Assembly (NCBI RefSeq): GCF_964194025.1
Contig: NC_134473.1
Location: 72,230,001 to 72,294,000, forward strand
Reading direction: 5' to 3'
Source of the DNA: Convolutriloba macropyga
Lineage: Eukaryota
Length of the DNA stretch: 64,000 nucleotides
Shown here one piece after another: positions 49,830 through 64,000 of the stretch. The translations under genes were made by a program, and so were the position numbers. The notes under the pieces were generated by a model, which had not been told where the DNA came from, made no database searches, and saw only the letters and a list, made by a program, of their open reading frames with translations. Position 1 is the first letter of the stretch, and each line of letters starts with the position of its first letter.

Positions 49830-52800
49830 AACTTAATATATACAACTATTACTATTTAAAGTTAAAATGTCACCAGTTTCGGCGCACTATCATTTGATTT
49901 TTAATACTAAATTGCCGCCAAATGACTTCAGCTGCTTGATTTTGAGAAAGAGAGAGAACTTAAGATCACGCAAAAGGCAGATACTCAAGCGCGTAAAAGT
50001 CAAAAAACGACCAAGCAAAAATTCTGCACAGAAAAAGCAAACGTTTACAATAATTGCTTCTCTTCAAGAGCAATTAATAAGATTAGTAACGTCAATAGAT
50101 ACAAACGCAAAACTGTACATAATTGGTTAACATTCAACGCAAAATTAAAAGAAACTGCAGGCCCTGAAACTAGTAAAATGTGCGCTTGAACAGATCGAGA
50201 TTCTAGTCTGAAACAGGACGTTGATATTACAAGTGAGGCATTTAATGTGCAGGATAAATGGAAAATCTCATGTCTCAATCGGGTGTTGATTGTGTTCGAA
50301 CACTAATCAAGCAATTACCAATGCAAAATCTGTCGCATTAGTTTGTTCTCAGGGACTAATCGAAACAAAACAAGGAATTTTCCCATTATCCCTCGTACAT
50401 TATTCACTGGGGGCTTCAAATAACCTCACGCTAATATACACCACTATTAATATTTAAAGTGGAAATGTCACCAGTTTTGGCGCACTTTCATTTGATTTTT
50501 AGTACTAAATTGCCGCCAATTGACTTCAGCCGCTTGATTTTGAGAATGAGAGAACTTAAGATCACGCAGAAGGCAGATACTCAAGGTAGTAAAAGTCAAA
50601 AAACGATCAAGCAAAAACTTTGCACACAAAAAACACACGTATACAATACTTGCTTCTCTTCAAGAGCAATTAATAAGATTAGTAATGTCAATAGAGACAA
50701 AGGCAATTACAGTACATAATTGGCTAACATTCAACGCAAAATTAAAAAAAAAAACTGCAGGCCCTGAAATTAGTAAAATGTGCGCTTGAACAGATCGATA
50801 TTCTAGTCTGAAATAGGACGTTGATATTACAAGTGAGGCATTTAATGTGCAGGAAAAAAAGGAAAATCTCATGTGTCAATCGGTTGTTGATTGTGTTAAT
50901 ATAAACCACTATTAATATTTAAAGTGGAAATGTCACCAGTTTCGGCGCACTATTATTTGATTTTTAGTACTAAATTGGCGCCAATTGACTTCAGCTGCTT
51001 GATTTTGAGAATGAGAGAGAACTTAAGATCACGCAAAAGGCAGATACTCAAGGGCGTAAAAGTCAAAAAACGACCAAGCAAAAATTTTGCACAGAAAAAA
51101 CAAGTTTACAGTAATTGCTTCTCTTCAAGAGCAATTAATAAGATTAGTAATGCCAATAGAGACACGCAAAAACTGTACATAATTGGTTAACATTCAACGC
51201 AAAATTAAAGAAACTGCCGGCCCTGAAACTAGTAAAATGTGCGCTTGAAAAGATCGAGATTCTAGTCCGAAACAGGACGTTGATATTACAAGTGAGGCAT
51301 TTAATGTGCAGGAAAAAAGGAAAATCTCATGTGTCAATCGGTTGTTGATTGTGTTAATATAAACCACTATTAATATTTAAAGTGGAAATGTCACCAGTTT
51401 CGGCGCACTATTATTTGATTTTTAGTACTAAATTGGCGCCAATTGACTTCAGCTGCTTGATTTTGAGAATGAGAGAACTTAAGATCACGCAAAAGGCAGA
51501 TACTCAAGGGCGTAAAAGTCAAAAAACGACCAAGGAAAAATTTTGCACAGAACACACACAAGTTTACAATAATTGCTTGTCTTCAATAGCAATTAATAAG
51601 ATTAGTAATGTCAATAGAGAAAAACCCAAAACTGTATATAATTGGTTAACATTCAACGCAAAATTAAAAGACACTGCGGGCCCCGAAACTAGTAAAACGT
51701 ACGCTTGAACAGATCGAGATTCTAGTCTGAAACAGGACGTCGATATTACAAGTGAGGCATTTAATGTGCAGGAAAAATGGAAGATCTCATTTCTCAATCG
51801 GGTGTTGATTGTGTTCGAACACTAATCAAGCAATTACCAATGCAAAATCTATCGCATTAGTTTGTTCTCAGGGACTAATCAAAACAAAACAAAGAACTTT
51901 CCCGTTATTATCCCTCGTACATTATTCACTGGGGGATTCAAATAACATCACTAGAGGTTAATACAAAACCACTATTAATATTTAAAGTGGAAATGTCAAC
52001 AGTTTCGGCGCACTCATATTTGATTTTTAGTACTAAATTGCCGCCAATTGACTTCAGCTGCTTGATTTTGAGAATGAGAGAGAACTTAAGATCACGCAAA
52101 AGGCAGATACTCAAGGGCGTAAAAGTCAAAAAACAACCAAGCAAAAATTTTGCACAGAAAAAACACACGTTTACAATAAATGCTTCTCTTCAAGAGCAAT
52201 TAATAAGATTAGTAATGTCAATAGAGACAAACGCAAAACTGTACATAATTGGTTAACATTCAACGCAAAATTAAAAGAAACTGCAGGCCCTGAAACTAGG
52301 AAAACGTGCGCTTGAACAGATCGAGATTCTAGTCTGAAACAGGACGTTGATATTACAAGTGAGGCATTTAAAGTGCAGGAAAAACGGAAAATCTCATGTC
52401 TCAATCGAGTGTTGATTGTGTTCGAACACTAATCAAGCAACTACCAATGCAAAATCTATCGAATTAGTTTGTTCTCAGGGACTATTCAAAACAAAACAAG
52501 GAATTTTCCCGTTATTATCCCTCGTACATTATTCACTGGGGGCTTCAAATAACCTCACTAGAGGTTAATATAAACCACTTTTAATATTTAGAGTGGAAAT
52601 GTCACCAGTTTCGGTGCACTATCATTTGATTTTTAGTACTAAATTGCCGCCAATTGACTTCAGCTACTTGATTTTGAGAATGAGAGAGAACTTAAGATCA
52701 CGCAAAAGGCAGATACTCAAGGGCGTAAAAGTCAAAAAACAACCAAGCAAAAATTTTGCACAGAAAAAACACACGTTTACAATAAATGCTTCTCTTCAAG

Positions 52801-55800
52801 AGCAATTAATAAGATTAGTAATGTCAATAGAGACAAACGCAAAACTGTACATAATTGGTTAACATTCAACGCAAAATTAAAAGAAACTGCAGGCCCTGAA
52901 ACTAGTAAGATATGCGCTCGAACAGATGGAGATTCTAGTCTGAAACAGGACGTTGATATTACAAGTGAGGCATTTAATGTGCAGGAAAAATGGAAAATCT
53001 CATCTCTCAATCGGGTGCTGATTGTGTTCGAACACTAATCCAGCAATTACCAATGCAAAATCTATCGCATTAGTTTGTTCTCAGGGACTAATCAAAACAA
53101 AACAAGGAATTTTCCCGTTATTATCCCTCGTACATTATTCACTGGGGGATTCAAATAACATCACTAGAGGTTAATACAAAACCACTATTAATATTTAAAG
53201 TGGAAATGTCACCAGTTTCGGCGCACTCATATTTGATTTTTAGTACTAAATTGTACTAAATTGTACTAAATTTTTTAGTACTAAATTTTTAGTACTAAAT
53301 TACTACTGGCAGATACTCAAGGGCGTAAAAGTCAAAAAACGACCAAGCAAAAATTTTGCACAGAAAAAACACACGTTTACAATAATTGCTTCTCTTCAAG
53401 AGCAATTAATAAGATTAGTAATGCCAATAGAGACACGCAAAAACTGTACATAATTGGCTAACATTCAACGCAAAATTAAGGAAACTGCAGGCCCTGAAAA
53501 TAGTAAAATGTGCGCTTGAACATATCGAGATTCTAGTCTGAAACAGGACGTTGATATTACAAGTGAGGCATTTAATGTGCAGGAAAAATAGAAAATCTCA
53601 TCTCTCAATCGGGTGTTGTGTTCGAACACCAATCAAGCAATTACCAATGCAAAATCTATCGCATTAGTTTGTTCTCAGGGACTAATCAAAACAAAACAAG
53701 GAATTTTCCCGTTATTATCCCTCGTAAATTATTCACTGGGGGCTTCAAATAACCTCACTAGAGGTTAATATAAACCACTACTAATATTTAAAGTGGAAAT
53801 GTCACCAGTTTCGGTGCACTATCAATTGATTTTTAGTTTTAAATTGCCGCCAATTGACTTCAGCTGCTTGATTTTGAGAATGAGAGTGAACTTAAGATCA
53901 CGCAAAAGGCAGACACTCAAGGGCGTGAGGTCAAAAAACTATCAAGCAAAAATTTTGCGGAGAAAAAACACGTTTACAATAATTGCTTCTTTTCAAGAGC
54001 AATTAATAAGATTAGTAATGGCAATAGAGACAAACGCAATAACTGTACATAATTGGCTAACATTCAACGCAAAATTAAAAGAAACTGCAGGCCCTGAAAC
54101 TAGTAAAATATGCTCTCGAACAGATTGAGATTCTAGTCTGAAACAGGACGTTGATATTACAAGTGAGGCATTTAATGTGCAGGAAAAGTGGAAAATCTCA
54201 TCTCTCAGTCGGGTGTTGATTGTGTTCGAACACTAATCAAGCAATTACCAATGCAAAATCTACCGCATTAGTTTGTTCTCAGGGACTAATCAAAATAAAA
54301 CAAGGAATTTTCCCGTTATTATCCCTCGTACATTATTCACTGGGGGCTTCAAATAACCTCACTAGAGGTTAATATAAACCACTATTATTATTTAAAGTGG
54401 AAATGTCACCAGTTTCGGCGCACAATCATTTGATTTTCAGTACTAAATTTCCGCCAATTGACTTCAGCTGCTTGATTTTGAGAATGTGAGAGAACTTAAG
54501 ATCACGCAAAAGGCGGATACTCAAGGGCGTAAAAGTCAAAAAACGACCAAGCAAAAATTTTGCACAGAAAAAACAAGTTTACAGTAATTGCTTCTCTTCA
54601 AGAGCAATTAATAAGATTAGTAAAGCCAATAGAGACACGCAAAAGCTGTACATAATTGGTTAACATTCAACGCAAAATTAAAGAAACTGCCGGCCCTGAA
54701 ACTAGTAAAATGTGCGCTTGAAAAGATCGAGATTCTAGTCTGAAACAGGATGTTGACATTACAAGTGAGGCATTTAATGTGCAGGAAAAGTGGAAAATCT
54801 CATCTCTCAGTCGGGTGTTGATTGTGTTCGAACACTAATCAAGCAATTACCAATGCAAAATCTACCGCATTAGTTTGTTCTCAGGGACTAATCAAAATAA
54901 AACAAGGAATTTTCCCGTTATTATCCCTCGTACATTATTCACTGGGGGCTTCAAATAACCTCACTAGAGGTTAATATAAACCACTATTATTATTTAAAGT
55001 GGAAATGTCACCAGTTTCGGCGCACAATCATTTGATTTTCAGTACTAAATTTCCGCCAATTGACTTCAGCTGCTTGATTTTGAGAATGTGAGAGAACTTA
55101 AGATCACGCAAAAGGCGGATACTCAAGGGCGTAAAAGTCAAAAAACGACCAAGCAAAAATTTTGCACAGAAAAAACAAGTTTACAGTAATTGCTTCTCTT
55201 CAAGAGCAATTAATAAGATTAGTAAAGCCAATAGAGACACGCAAAAGCTGTACATAATTGGTTAACATTCAACGCAAAATTAAAGAAACTGCCGGCCCTG
55301 AAACTAGTAAAATGTGCGCTTGAAAAGATCGAGATTCTAGTCTGAAACAGGATGTTGACATTACAAGTGAGGCATTTAATGTGCAGGAAAAATGGAAAAT
55401 CTTATCTCTCAATCGGGAGTTGATTGTGTTCGAACACTAATCAAGCAATTACCAATGCAAAATCTATCGCATTAGTTTGTTCTCAGGGACTAATCAAAAC
55501 AAAACAAGGAATTTTCCCGTTAGTATCCATCGTACATTATTCACTGGGGCTTCAAATAACCTCACTAGAGGTTAATATAAACCACTATTAATATTTAAAG
55601 TGGAAATGTCACCAGTTTCGGCGCACTATCATTTGATTTTTATTACTAAATTGCCTCCAATTGACTTCAGCTGCTTGATTTTGAGAATGAGAGAGAACTT
55701 AAGATCACGCAATAGGCAGATACTCAAGGGCGTGAAGTCAAAAAACTATCAAGCAAAAATTTTGCACAGAAAAAACACGTTTACAATAATTGCTTCTTTT

Positions 55801-58800
55801 CAAGAGAAATTAATAAGATTAGTAATGTCAATAGAGACAAACGCAATAGCTGTACATAATTGGCTAACATTCAACGCAAAATTAAAAGAAACTGCAGGCC
55901 CTGAAACTAGTAAAATATGCGCTCGAACAGATTGAGATTCTAGTCTGAAACAGGACGCCGATATTACAAGTGAGGCATTTAATGTGCTGGAAAAATGGAA
56001 AATCTCATCTCTCAATTGGGTGTTAATTTGGTTCGAACACTAATAAAGCCATGACCAATGCAAAATCTATCGCATTAGTTTGTTCTCAGGGACTAATCAA
56101 AACAAAACAAGGAACTTTCCCGTTATTATCCCTCGTACATTATTCACTGGGGGCTTCAAATAACCTCACTAGAGGTTAATATAAACCACTATTATTATTT
56201 AAAGTGGAAATGTCACCAGTTTCGGCGCACAATTATTTGATTTTCAGTACTAAATTTCCGCCAATTGACTTCAGCTGCTTGATTTTGAGAATGAGAGAGA
56301 ACTTAAGATCACGAAAAAGTCAGATACTCAAGGGCTTAAAAGTCAAAAAAGACCAAGCAAAAATTTTGCACAGAAAAAACACAAGTTTACAATAATTGCT
56401 TCTCTTCAAGAGCAATAAAAAAGATCAGTAATGCCAATAGAGACACGCAAAAACTGTACATAATTGGTTAACATTCAACGCAAAATTAAAGAAACTGCCG
56501 GCCCTGAAACTAGTAAAATGTGCGCGTGAACAGATCGAGATTCTAGTCTGAAACAGGACGTTCATATTACAAGTGAGGCATTTAATGTGCAGGAAAAATG
56601 GAAAATCTCATCTCTCAATCGGGTGTTGATTGTGTTCGAACACTAGTCAAGCAATTACCAATGCAAAATCTATCGCATTAGTTTGTTCTCAGTGACTAAT
56701 CAAAACAAAATAAGGAATTTTCCCTTTATTATACCTCGTACATTATTCACTGGGGACTTCAAATAACCTCACTAGAGGTTAATATAAACCACTATCAATA
56801 TTTTAAGTGGAAATGTCACCAGATTCGGCGCACTATCATTTGATTTTTAGTACTAAATTGCCGCCAATTGACTTCAGCTGCTTGATTTTGAGAATGAGAG
56901 AGAACTTAAGATCACGCAAAAAGCAGATACTCAAGGGCATAAAGTCAAAAAAAACTATCAAGCAAAAATTTTGCGCAGAAAAAACACGTTTGCAATAATT
57001 GCTTCTTTTCAAGAGCAATTAATAAGACTAGTAATGTCAATAGAGACAAACGCAATAACTGTACATAATTGTCTAACATTCAACGCAAAATTAAAAACTG
57101 CAGGCCCTGAAACTAGTAAAATATGCGCTCGAACAGATCGAGATTCTAGTCTAAAACAGGACGCTGATATTACAAGTGAGGCATTTAATGTGCAGTAAAA
57201 ATGGAAAATCTCATGTCTCAATCGGGTGTTGATTGTGTTCGAACACTAATCAAGCAATTACCAATGCAAAATCTATCGCATTAGTTTGTTCTCAGGGACT
57301 AATCAAAACAAAACAAAGAATTTTCCCGTTATTATCCCTCGTACATTATTCACTGGGGGCTTCAAATAACCTCACTAGAGGTTAATATAAACCACTATTA
57401 ATATTTAAAGTGGAAATGTCACCAGTTTCGGCGCACTATCATTTGATTTTTAGTACTAAATTGCCGCCAATTGACTTCAGCTGCTTGATTTTGAGAATGA
57501 GAGAGAACTTAAGATCACGCAAAAGGCAGATACTCAAGGGCGTAAAGTCAAAAAAAACTATGAAGCAAAAATTTTGCGCAGAAAAAACACGTTTACAATA
57601 ATTGCTTCTTTTCAAGAGCAATTAATGAGATTAGTAATGTCAATAGAGACAAACGCAATAACTGTACATAATTAGCTAACATTCGACGCAAAATTAAAAG
57701 AAACTGCAGGCCCTGAAACTAGTAAAATATGCTCTCGAACAGATTGAGATTCTAGTCTGAAACAGGACGTTGATATTACAAGTGAGGCATTTAATGTGCA
57801 GGAAAAATGGAAAATCTCATTTCTCAATCGGGTGTTGATTGTGTTCGAACACTAATCAAGCAATTACCAATGCAAAATCTATCGCATTAGTTTGTTCTCA
57901 GGGACTAATCAAAACAAAACAAAGAACTTTCCCGTTATTATCCCTCGTACATTATTCACTCGGGGCTTCAAATAACCTCACTAGAGGTTAATATAAACCA
58001 CTATTAATATTTTAAGTGGAAATGTCACCAGATTCGGCGCACTATGATTTGATTTTTAGTACTAAATTGCCGCCAATTGACTTCAGCTGCTTGATTTTGA
58101 GAATGAGAGAGAACTTAAGATCACGCAAAAGGCAGATACTCGAGGGCGTAAAGTCAAAAAAAAACTATCAAGCAAAAATTTTGCGCAGAAAAAACACGTT
58201 TACAATAATTGCTTCTTTTCAAGAGCAATTAATAAGATTAGTAATGTCAATAGAGACAAACGCAATAACTGTACATAATTGGCTAACATTCAACGCAAAA
58301 TGAAAAGAAACTGCAGGCCCTGAAACTAGTAAATTATGCGCTCGAACAGATCGAGATTCTAGTCTAAAACAGGACGCTGATATTACAAGTGAGGCATTTA
58401 ATGTGCAGTAAGAATGGAAAATCTCATGTCTCAATCGGGTGTTGATTGTGTTCGAACACTAATCAAGCGATTACCAATTCAAAATGTATCGCATTAGTTT
58501 GTTCTCAGGGACTAATCAAAACAAAACAAGGAATTTTCCCGTTATTATCCCTCGTACATTATTCACTGGGGGGCTTCAAATAACCTCACTAGAGGTTAAT
58601 ATAAACCACTATTAAAATTTAAAGTGGAAATGTCACCAGTTTCGGCGCACTATCATTTGATTTTTAGTACTAAATTGCCTCCAATTGACTTCAGCTGCTT
58701 GATTTTGAGTATGAGAGAGAACTTAAGATCACGCAAAAGGCAGATACTCAAGGGCGTGAAGTCAAAAAACTATCAAGCAAAAATTTTGCACAGAAAAACA

Positions 58801-61800
58801 CGTTTACAATAATTGCTTCTTTTCAAGAGCAATTAATAAGATTAGTAATGTCAATAGAGACAAACGCAATTACAGTACATAATCGGCTAACATTCAACAC
58901 AAAATTAAAAGAAACTGCAGGCCCTGAAACCAGTAAAATATGCACTCGAACAGATGGAGATTCTAGTCTGAAACAGGACATTGATATTACAAGTGAGGCA
59001 TTTAATGTGCAGTAAAAATGGAAAATCTCATGTCTCAATCGGGTGTTGATTGTGTTCGAACACTAATCAAGCAATTACCAATGCAAAATCTATCGCATTA
59101 GTTTGTTCTCAGGGACTAAACAAAACAAAAGGAATTTTCCCGTTTTTATCCCTCGTACATTATTCACTGGGGGATTCAAATAACCTCACTAGATGTTAAT
59201 ATAAACCACTATTAATATTTAAAGTGGAAATGTCACCAGTTTCGGCGCACTATCATTTGATTTTTATTACTAAATTGCCTCCAATTGACTTCAGCTGCTT
59301 GATTTTGAGAATGAGAGAGAACTTAAGATCACGCAATAGGCAGATACTCAAGGGCGTGAAGTCAAAAAACTATCAAGCAAAAATTTTGCACAGAAAAAAC
59401 ACGTTTACAATAATTGCTTCTTTTCAAGAGAAATTAATAAGATTAGTAATGTCAATAGAGACAAACGCAATAACTGTACATAATTGGCTAACATTCAACG
59501 CAAAATTAAAAGAAACTGCAGGCCCTGAAACTAGTAAAATATGCGCTCGAACAGATTGAGATTCTAGTCTGAAACAGGACGCCGATATTACAAGTGAGGC
59601 ATTTAATGTGCTGGAAAAATGGAAAACCTCATCTCTCAATTGGGTGTTAATTTGGTTCGAACACTAATAAAGCCATGACCAATGCAAAATCTATCGCATT
59701 AGTTTGTTCTCAGGGACTAATCAAAACAAAACAAGGAACTTTCCCGTTATTATCCCTCGTACATTATTCACTGGGGGCTTCAAATAACCTCACTAGAGGT
59801 TAATATAAACCACTATTATTATTTAAAGTGGAAATGTCACCAGTTTCGGCGCACAATTATTTGATTTTCAGTACTAAATTTCCGCCAATTGACTTCAGCT
59901 GCTTGATTTTGAGAATGAGAGAGAACTTAAGATCACGAAAAAGTCAGATACTCAAGGGCTTAGAAGTCAAAAAAGACCAAGCAAAAATTTTGCACAGAAA
60001 AAACACAAGTTTACAATAATTGCTTCTCTTCAAGAGCAATAAAAAAGATCAGTAATGCCAATAGAGACACGCAAAAACTGTACATAATTGGTTAACATTC
60101 AACGCAAAATTAAAGAAACTGCCGGCCCTGAAACTAGTAAAATGTGCGCTTGAACAGATCGAGATTCTAGTCTGAAACAGGACGTTCATATTACAAGGGG
60201 CATTTAATGTGCAGGAAAAATGGAAAATCTCATCTCTCAATCGGGTGTTGATTGTGTTCGAACACTAGTCAAGCAATTACCAATGCAAAATCTATCGCAT
60301 TAGTTTGTTCTCAGTGACTAATCAAAACAAAATAAGGAATTTTCCCTTTATTATACCTCGTACACTATTCACTGGGGACTTCAAATAACCTCACTAGAGG
60401 TTAATATAAACCACTATCAATATTTTAAGTGGAAATGTCACCAGATTCGGCGCACTATCATTTGATTTTTAGTACTAAATTGCCGCCAATTGACTTCAGC
60501 TGCTTGATTTTGAGAATGAGAGAGAACTTAAGATCACGCAAAAGGCAGATACTCAAGGGCATAAAGTCAAAAAAACTATCAAGCAAAAATTTTGCGCAGA
60601 AAAAACACGTTTGCAATAATTGCTTCTTTTCAAGAGCAATTAATAAGACTAGTAATGTCAATAGAGACAAACGCAATAACTGTACATAATTGTCTAACAT
60701 TCAACGCAAAATTAAAAACTGCAGGCCCTGAAACTAGTAAAATATGCGCTCGAACAGATCGAGATTCTAGTCTAAAACAGGACGCTGATATTACAAGTGA
60801 GGCATTTAATGTGCAGTAAAAATGGAAAATCTCATGTCTCAATCGGGTGTTGATTGTGTTCGAACACTAATCAAGCAATTACCAATGCAAAATCTATCGC
60901 ATTAGTTTGTTCTCAGGGACTAATCAAAACAAAACAAAGAATTTTCCCGTTATTATCCCTCGTACATTATTCACTGGGGGCTTCAAATAACCTCACTAGA
61001 GGTTAATATAAACCACTATTAATATTTAAAGTGGAAATGTCACCAGTTTCGGCGCACTATCATTTGATTTTTAGTACTAAATTGCCGCCAATTGACTTCA
61101 GCTGCTTGATTTTGAGAATGAGAGAGAACTTAAGATCACGCAAAAGGCAGATACTCAAGGGCGTAAAGTCAAAAAAAAACTATGAAGCAAAAATTTTGCG
61201 CAGAAAAAACACGTTTACAATAATTGCTTCTTTTCAAGAGCAATTAATGAGATTAGTAATGTCAATAGAGACAAACGCAATAACTACATAATTAGCTAAC
61301 ATTCGACGCAAAATTAAAAGAAACTGCAGGCCCTGAAACTAGTAACATATGCGCTCGAACAGATCGAGATTCTAGTCTGAAACAGGACGTCGATATTACA
61401 AGTGAGGCATTTAATGTGCAGGAAAAATGGAAAATCTCATTTCTCAATCGGGTGTTGATTGTGTTCGAACACTAATCAAGCAATTACCAATGCAAAATCT
61501 ATCGCATTAGTTTGTTCTCAGGGACTAATCAAAACAAAACAAAGAATTTTCCCGTTATTATCCCTCGTACATTATTCACTGGGGGCTTCAAATAACCTCA
61601 CTAGAGGTTAATATAAACCACTATTAATATTTAAAGTGGAAATGTCACCAGTTTCGGCGCACTATCATTTGATTTTTAGTACTAAATTGCCGCCAATTGA
61701 CTTCAGCTGCTTGATTTTGAGAATGAGAGAGAACTTAAGATCACGCAAAAGGCAGATACTCAAGGGCGTAAAGTCAAAAAAAAAACTATGAAGCAAAAAT

Positions 61801-64000
61801 TTTGCGCAGAAAAAACACGTTTACAATAATTGCTTCTTTTCAAGAGCAATTAATGAGATTAGTAATGTCAATAGAGACAAACGCAATAACTACATAATTA
61901 GCTAACATTCGACGCAAAATTAAAAGAAACTGCAGGCCCTGAAACTAGTAACATATGCGCTCGAACAGATCGAGATTCTAGTATGAAACAGGACGTCGAT
62001 ATTACAAGTGAGGCATTTAATGTGCAGGAAAAATGGAAAATCTCATTTCTCAATCGGGTGTTGATTGTGTTCGAACACTAATCAAGCAATTACCAATGCA
62101 AAATCTATCGCATTAGTTTGTTCTCAGGGACTAATCAAAACAAAACAAAGAACTTTCCCGTTATTATCCCTCGTACATTATTCACTCGGGGCTTCAAATA
62201 ACCTCACTAGAGGTTAATATAAACCACTATTAATATTTTAAGTGGAAATGTCACCAGATTCGGCGCACTATGATTTGATTTTTAGTACTAAATTGCCGCC
62301 AATTGACTTCAGCTGCTTGATTTTGAGAATGAGAGAGAACTTAAGATCACGCAAAAGGCAGATACTCGAGGGCGTAAAGTCAAAAAAAACTATCAAGCAA
62401 AAATTTTGCGCAGAAAAAACACGTTTACAATAATTGCTTCTTTTCAAGAGCAATTAATAAGATTAGTAATGTCAATAGAGACAAACGCAATAACTGTACA
62501 TAATTGGCTAACATTCAACGCAAAATGAAAAGAAACTGCAGGCCCTGAAACTAGTAAATTACGCGCTCGAACAGATCGAGATTCTAGTCTGAAACAGGAC
62601 GCTGATATTACAAGTGAGGCATTTAATGTGCAGTAAGAATGGAAAATCTCATGTCTCAATCGGGTGTTGATTGTGTTCGAACACTAATCAAGCGATTACC
62701 AATTCAAAATGTATCGCATTAGTTTGTTCTCAGGGACTAATCAAAACAAAACAAGGAATTTTCCCGTTATTATCCCTCGTACATTATTCACTGGGGGGCT
62801 TCAAATAACCTCACTAGAGGTTAATATAAACCACTATTAAAATTTAAAGTGGAAATGTCACCAGTTTCGGCGCACTATCATTTGATTTTTAGTACTAAAT
62901 TGCCTCCAATTGACTTCAGCTGCTTGATTTTGAGTATGAGAGAGAACATAAGATCACGCAAAAGGCAGATACTCAAGGGCGTGAAGTCAAAAAACTATCA
63001 AGCAAAAATTTTGCACAGAAAAACACGTTTACAATAATTGCTTCTTTTCAAGAGCAATTAATAAGATTAGTAATGTCAATAGAGACAAACGCAATTACAG
63101 TACATAATTGGCTAACATTCAACACAAAATTAAAAGAAACTGCAGGCCCTGAAACCAGTAAAATATGCACTCGAACAGATGGAGATTCTAGTCTGAAACA
63201 GGACATTGATATTACAAGTGAGGCATTTAATGTGCAGTAAAAATGGAAAATCTCATGTCTCAATCGGGTGTTGATTGTGTTCGAACACTAATCAAGCAAT
63301 TACCAATGCAAAATCTATCGCATTAGTTTGTTCTCAGGGACTAAACAAAACAAAAGGAATTTTCCCGTTTTTATCCCTCGTACATTATTCACTGGGGGAT
63401 TCAAATAACCTCACTAGATGTTAATATAAACCACTATTAATATTTAAAGTGGAAATTTCACCAGTTTCGGCGCACTATCATTTGATTTTTAGTACTAAAT
63501 TGCCGCCAATTGACTTCAGCTGCTTGATTTTGAGAATGAGAGAGAACTTAAGATCACGCAAAAGGCAGATACTCAAGGGCGTAAAGTAAAAAAAACAATC
63601 AAGCAAAAATTTTGCGCAGAAAAAACACATTTACAATAATTGCTTCTCTTCAAGAGCAATTAATAACATTAGTAATGTCAATAGAGACAAACGCAAAATT
63701 GTACATAATTGGTTAACATTCAACGCAAAATTAAACGAAACTGCAGGCCCTGAAACTAGGAAAACGTGCGCTTGAACAGATCGAGATTCTAGTCTGAAAC
63801 AGGACGTTGATATTACAAGTGAGGCATTTAAAGTGCAGGAAAAACGGAAAATCTCATGTCTCAATCGAGTGTTGATTGTGTTCGAACACTAATCAAGCAA
63901 CTACCAATGCAAAATCTATCGAATTAGTTTGTTCTCAGGGACTATTCAAAACAAAACAAGGAATTTTCCCGTTATTATCCCTCGTACATTATTCACTGGG
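49830..64000. repeat. Tandem satellite, ~604 bp monomer, ~24 copies, runs off the window
   Basis: gtggaaatgtcacc recurs at 50459, 50924, 51382, 51987, 52593, ... 62849 at ~600-608 bp spacing; two units are ~460 bp. Confidence 0.98.

Noticed and set aside
49867-63864. Recurring ORFs MEMSPVSAH... and MRHEIFH... as a tandem gene family
   Set aside because: GTG/TTG starts, lengths vary with homopolymer indels, no recognisable domain; by-products of the satellite.
49830-64000. CRISPR array or rDNA/5S cluster
   Set aside because: No repeat-unique spacer alternation and no rRNA similarity that I can recognise.

Overview
AT-rich, intron-containing eukaryotic (animal-like) genomic DNA. Host genes: the last four exons of a DEG/ENaC channel (+; 3958-4227, 26622-26838, 27752-27933, 29512-29894), a three-exon CFAP95/C9orf135-like gene with a 1-nt frameshift in exon 1 (+; 35078-40260), the last two exons of MRPL45 (-; 47822-47051) and a tRNA-Leu(TAA) (48256-48338). 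Repeats: a degenerate Ty3/Gypsy integrase region (1-2400), many small GG...CC MITEs with 8-9 bp target duplications, a tRNA-derived SINE, and a >14 kb array of a ~604 bp satellite with higher-order structure (49830-64000). The main finding fills the 22 kb ENaC intron: a ~19.4 kb insertion (6699-26133) made of three decayed copies of a compact ~7 kb Polinton-like unit. Each unit carries a protein-primed-type PolB with Zn fingers and an endonuclease VII-like insert, an A32/FtsK-type ATPase with hydrophobic segments, and two Zn/Cys-rich proteins; no capsid, protease or integrase is recognisable. The copies are joined through palindromic hairpin junctions (14839, 19212). Both outer ends are the same AGT...ACT stem-loop terminus, flanked by GAAGAC/GAAGAT, which suggests an element with two different ends that integrated as an inverted (fold-back) dimer.
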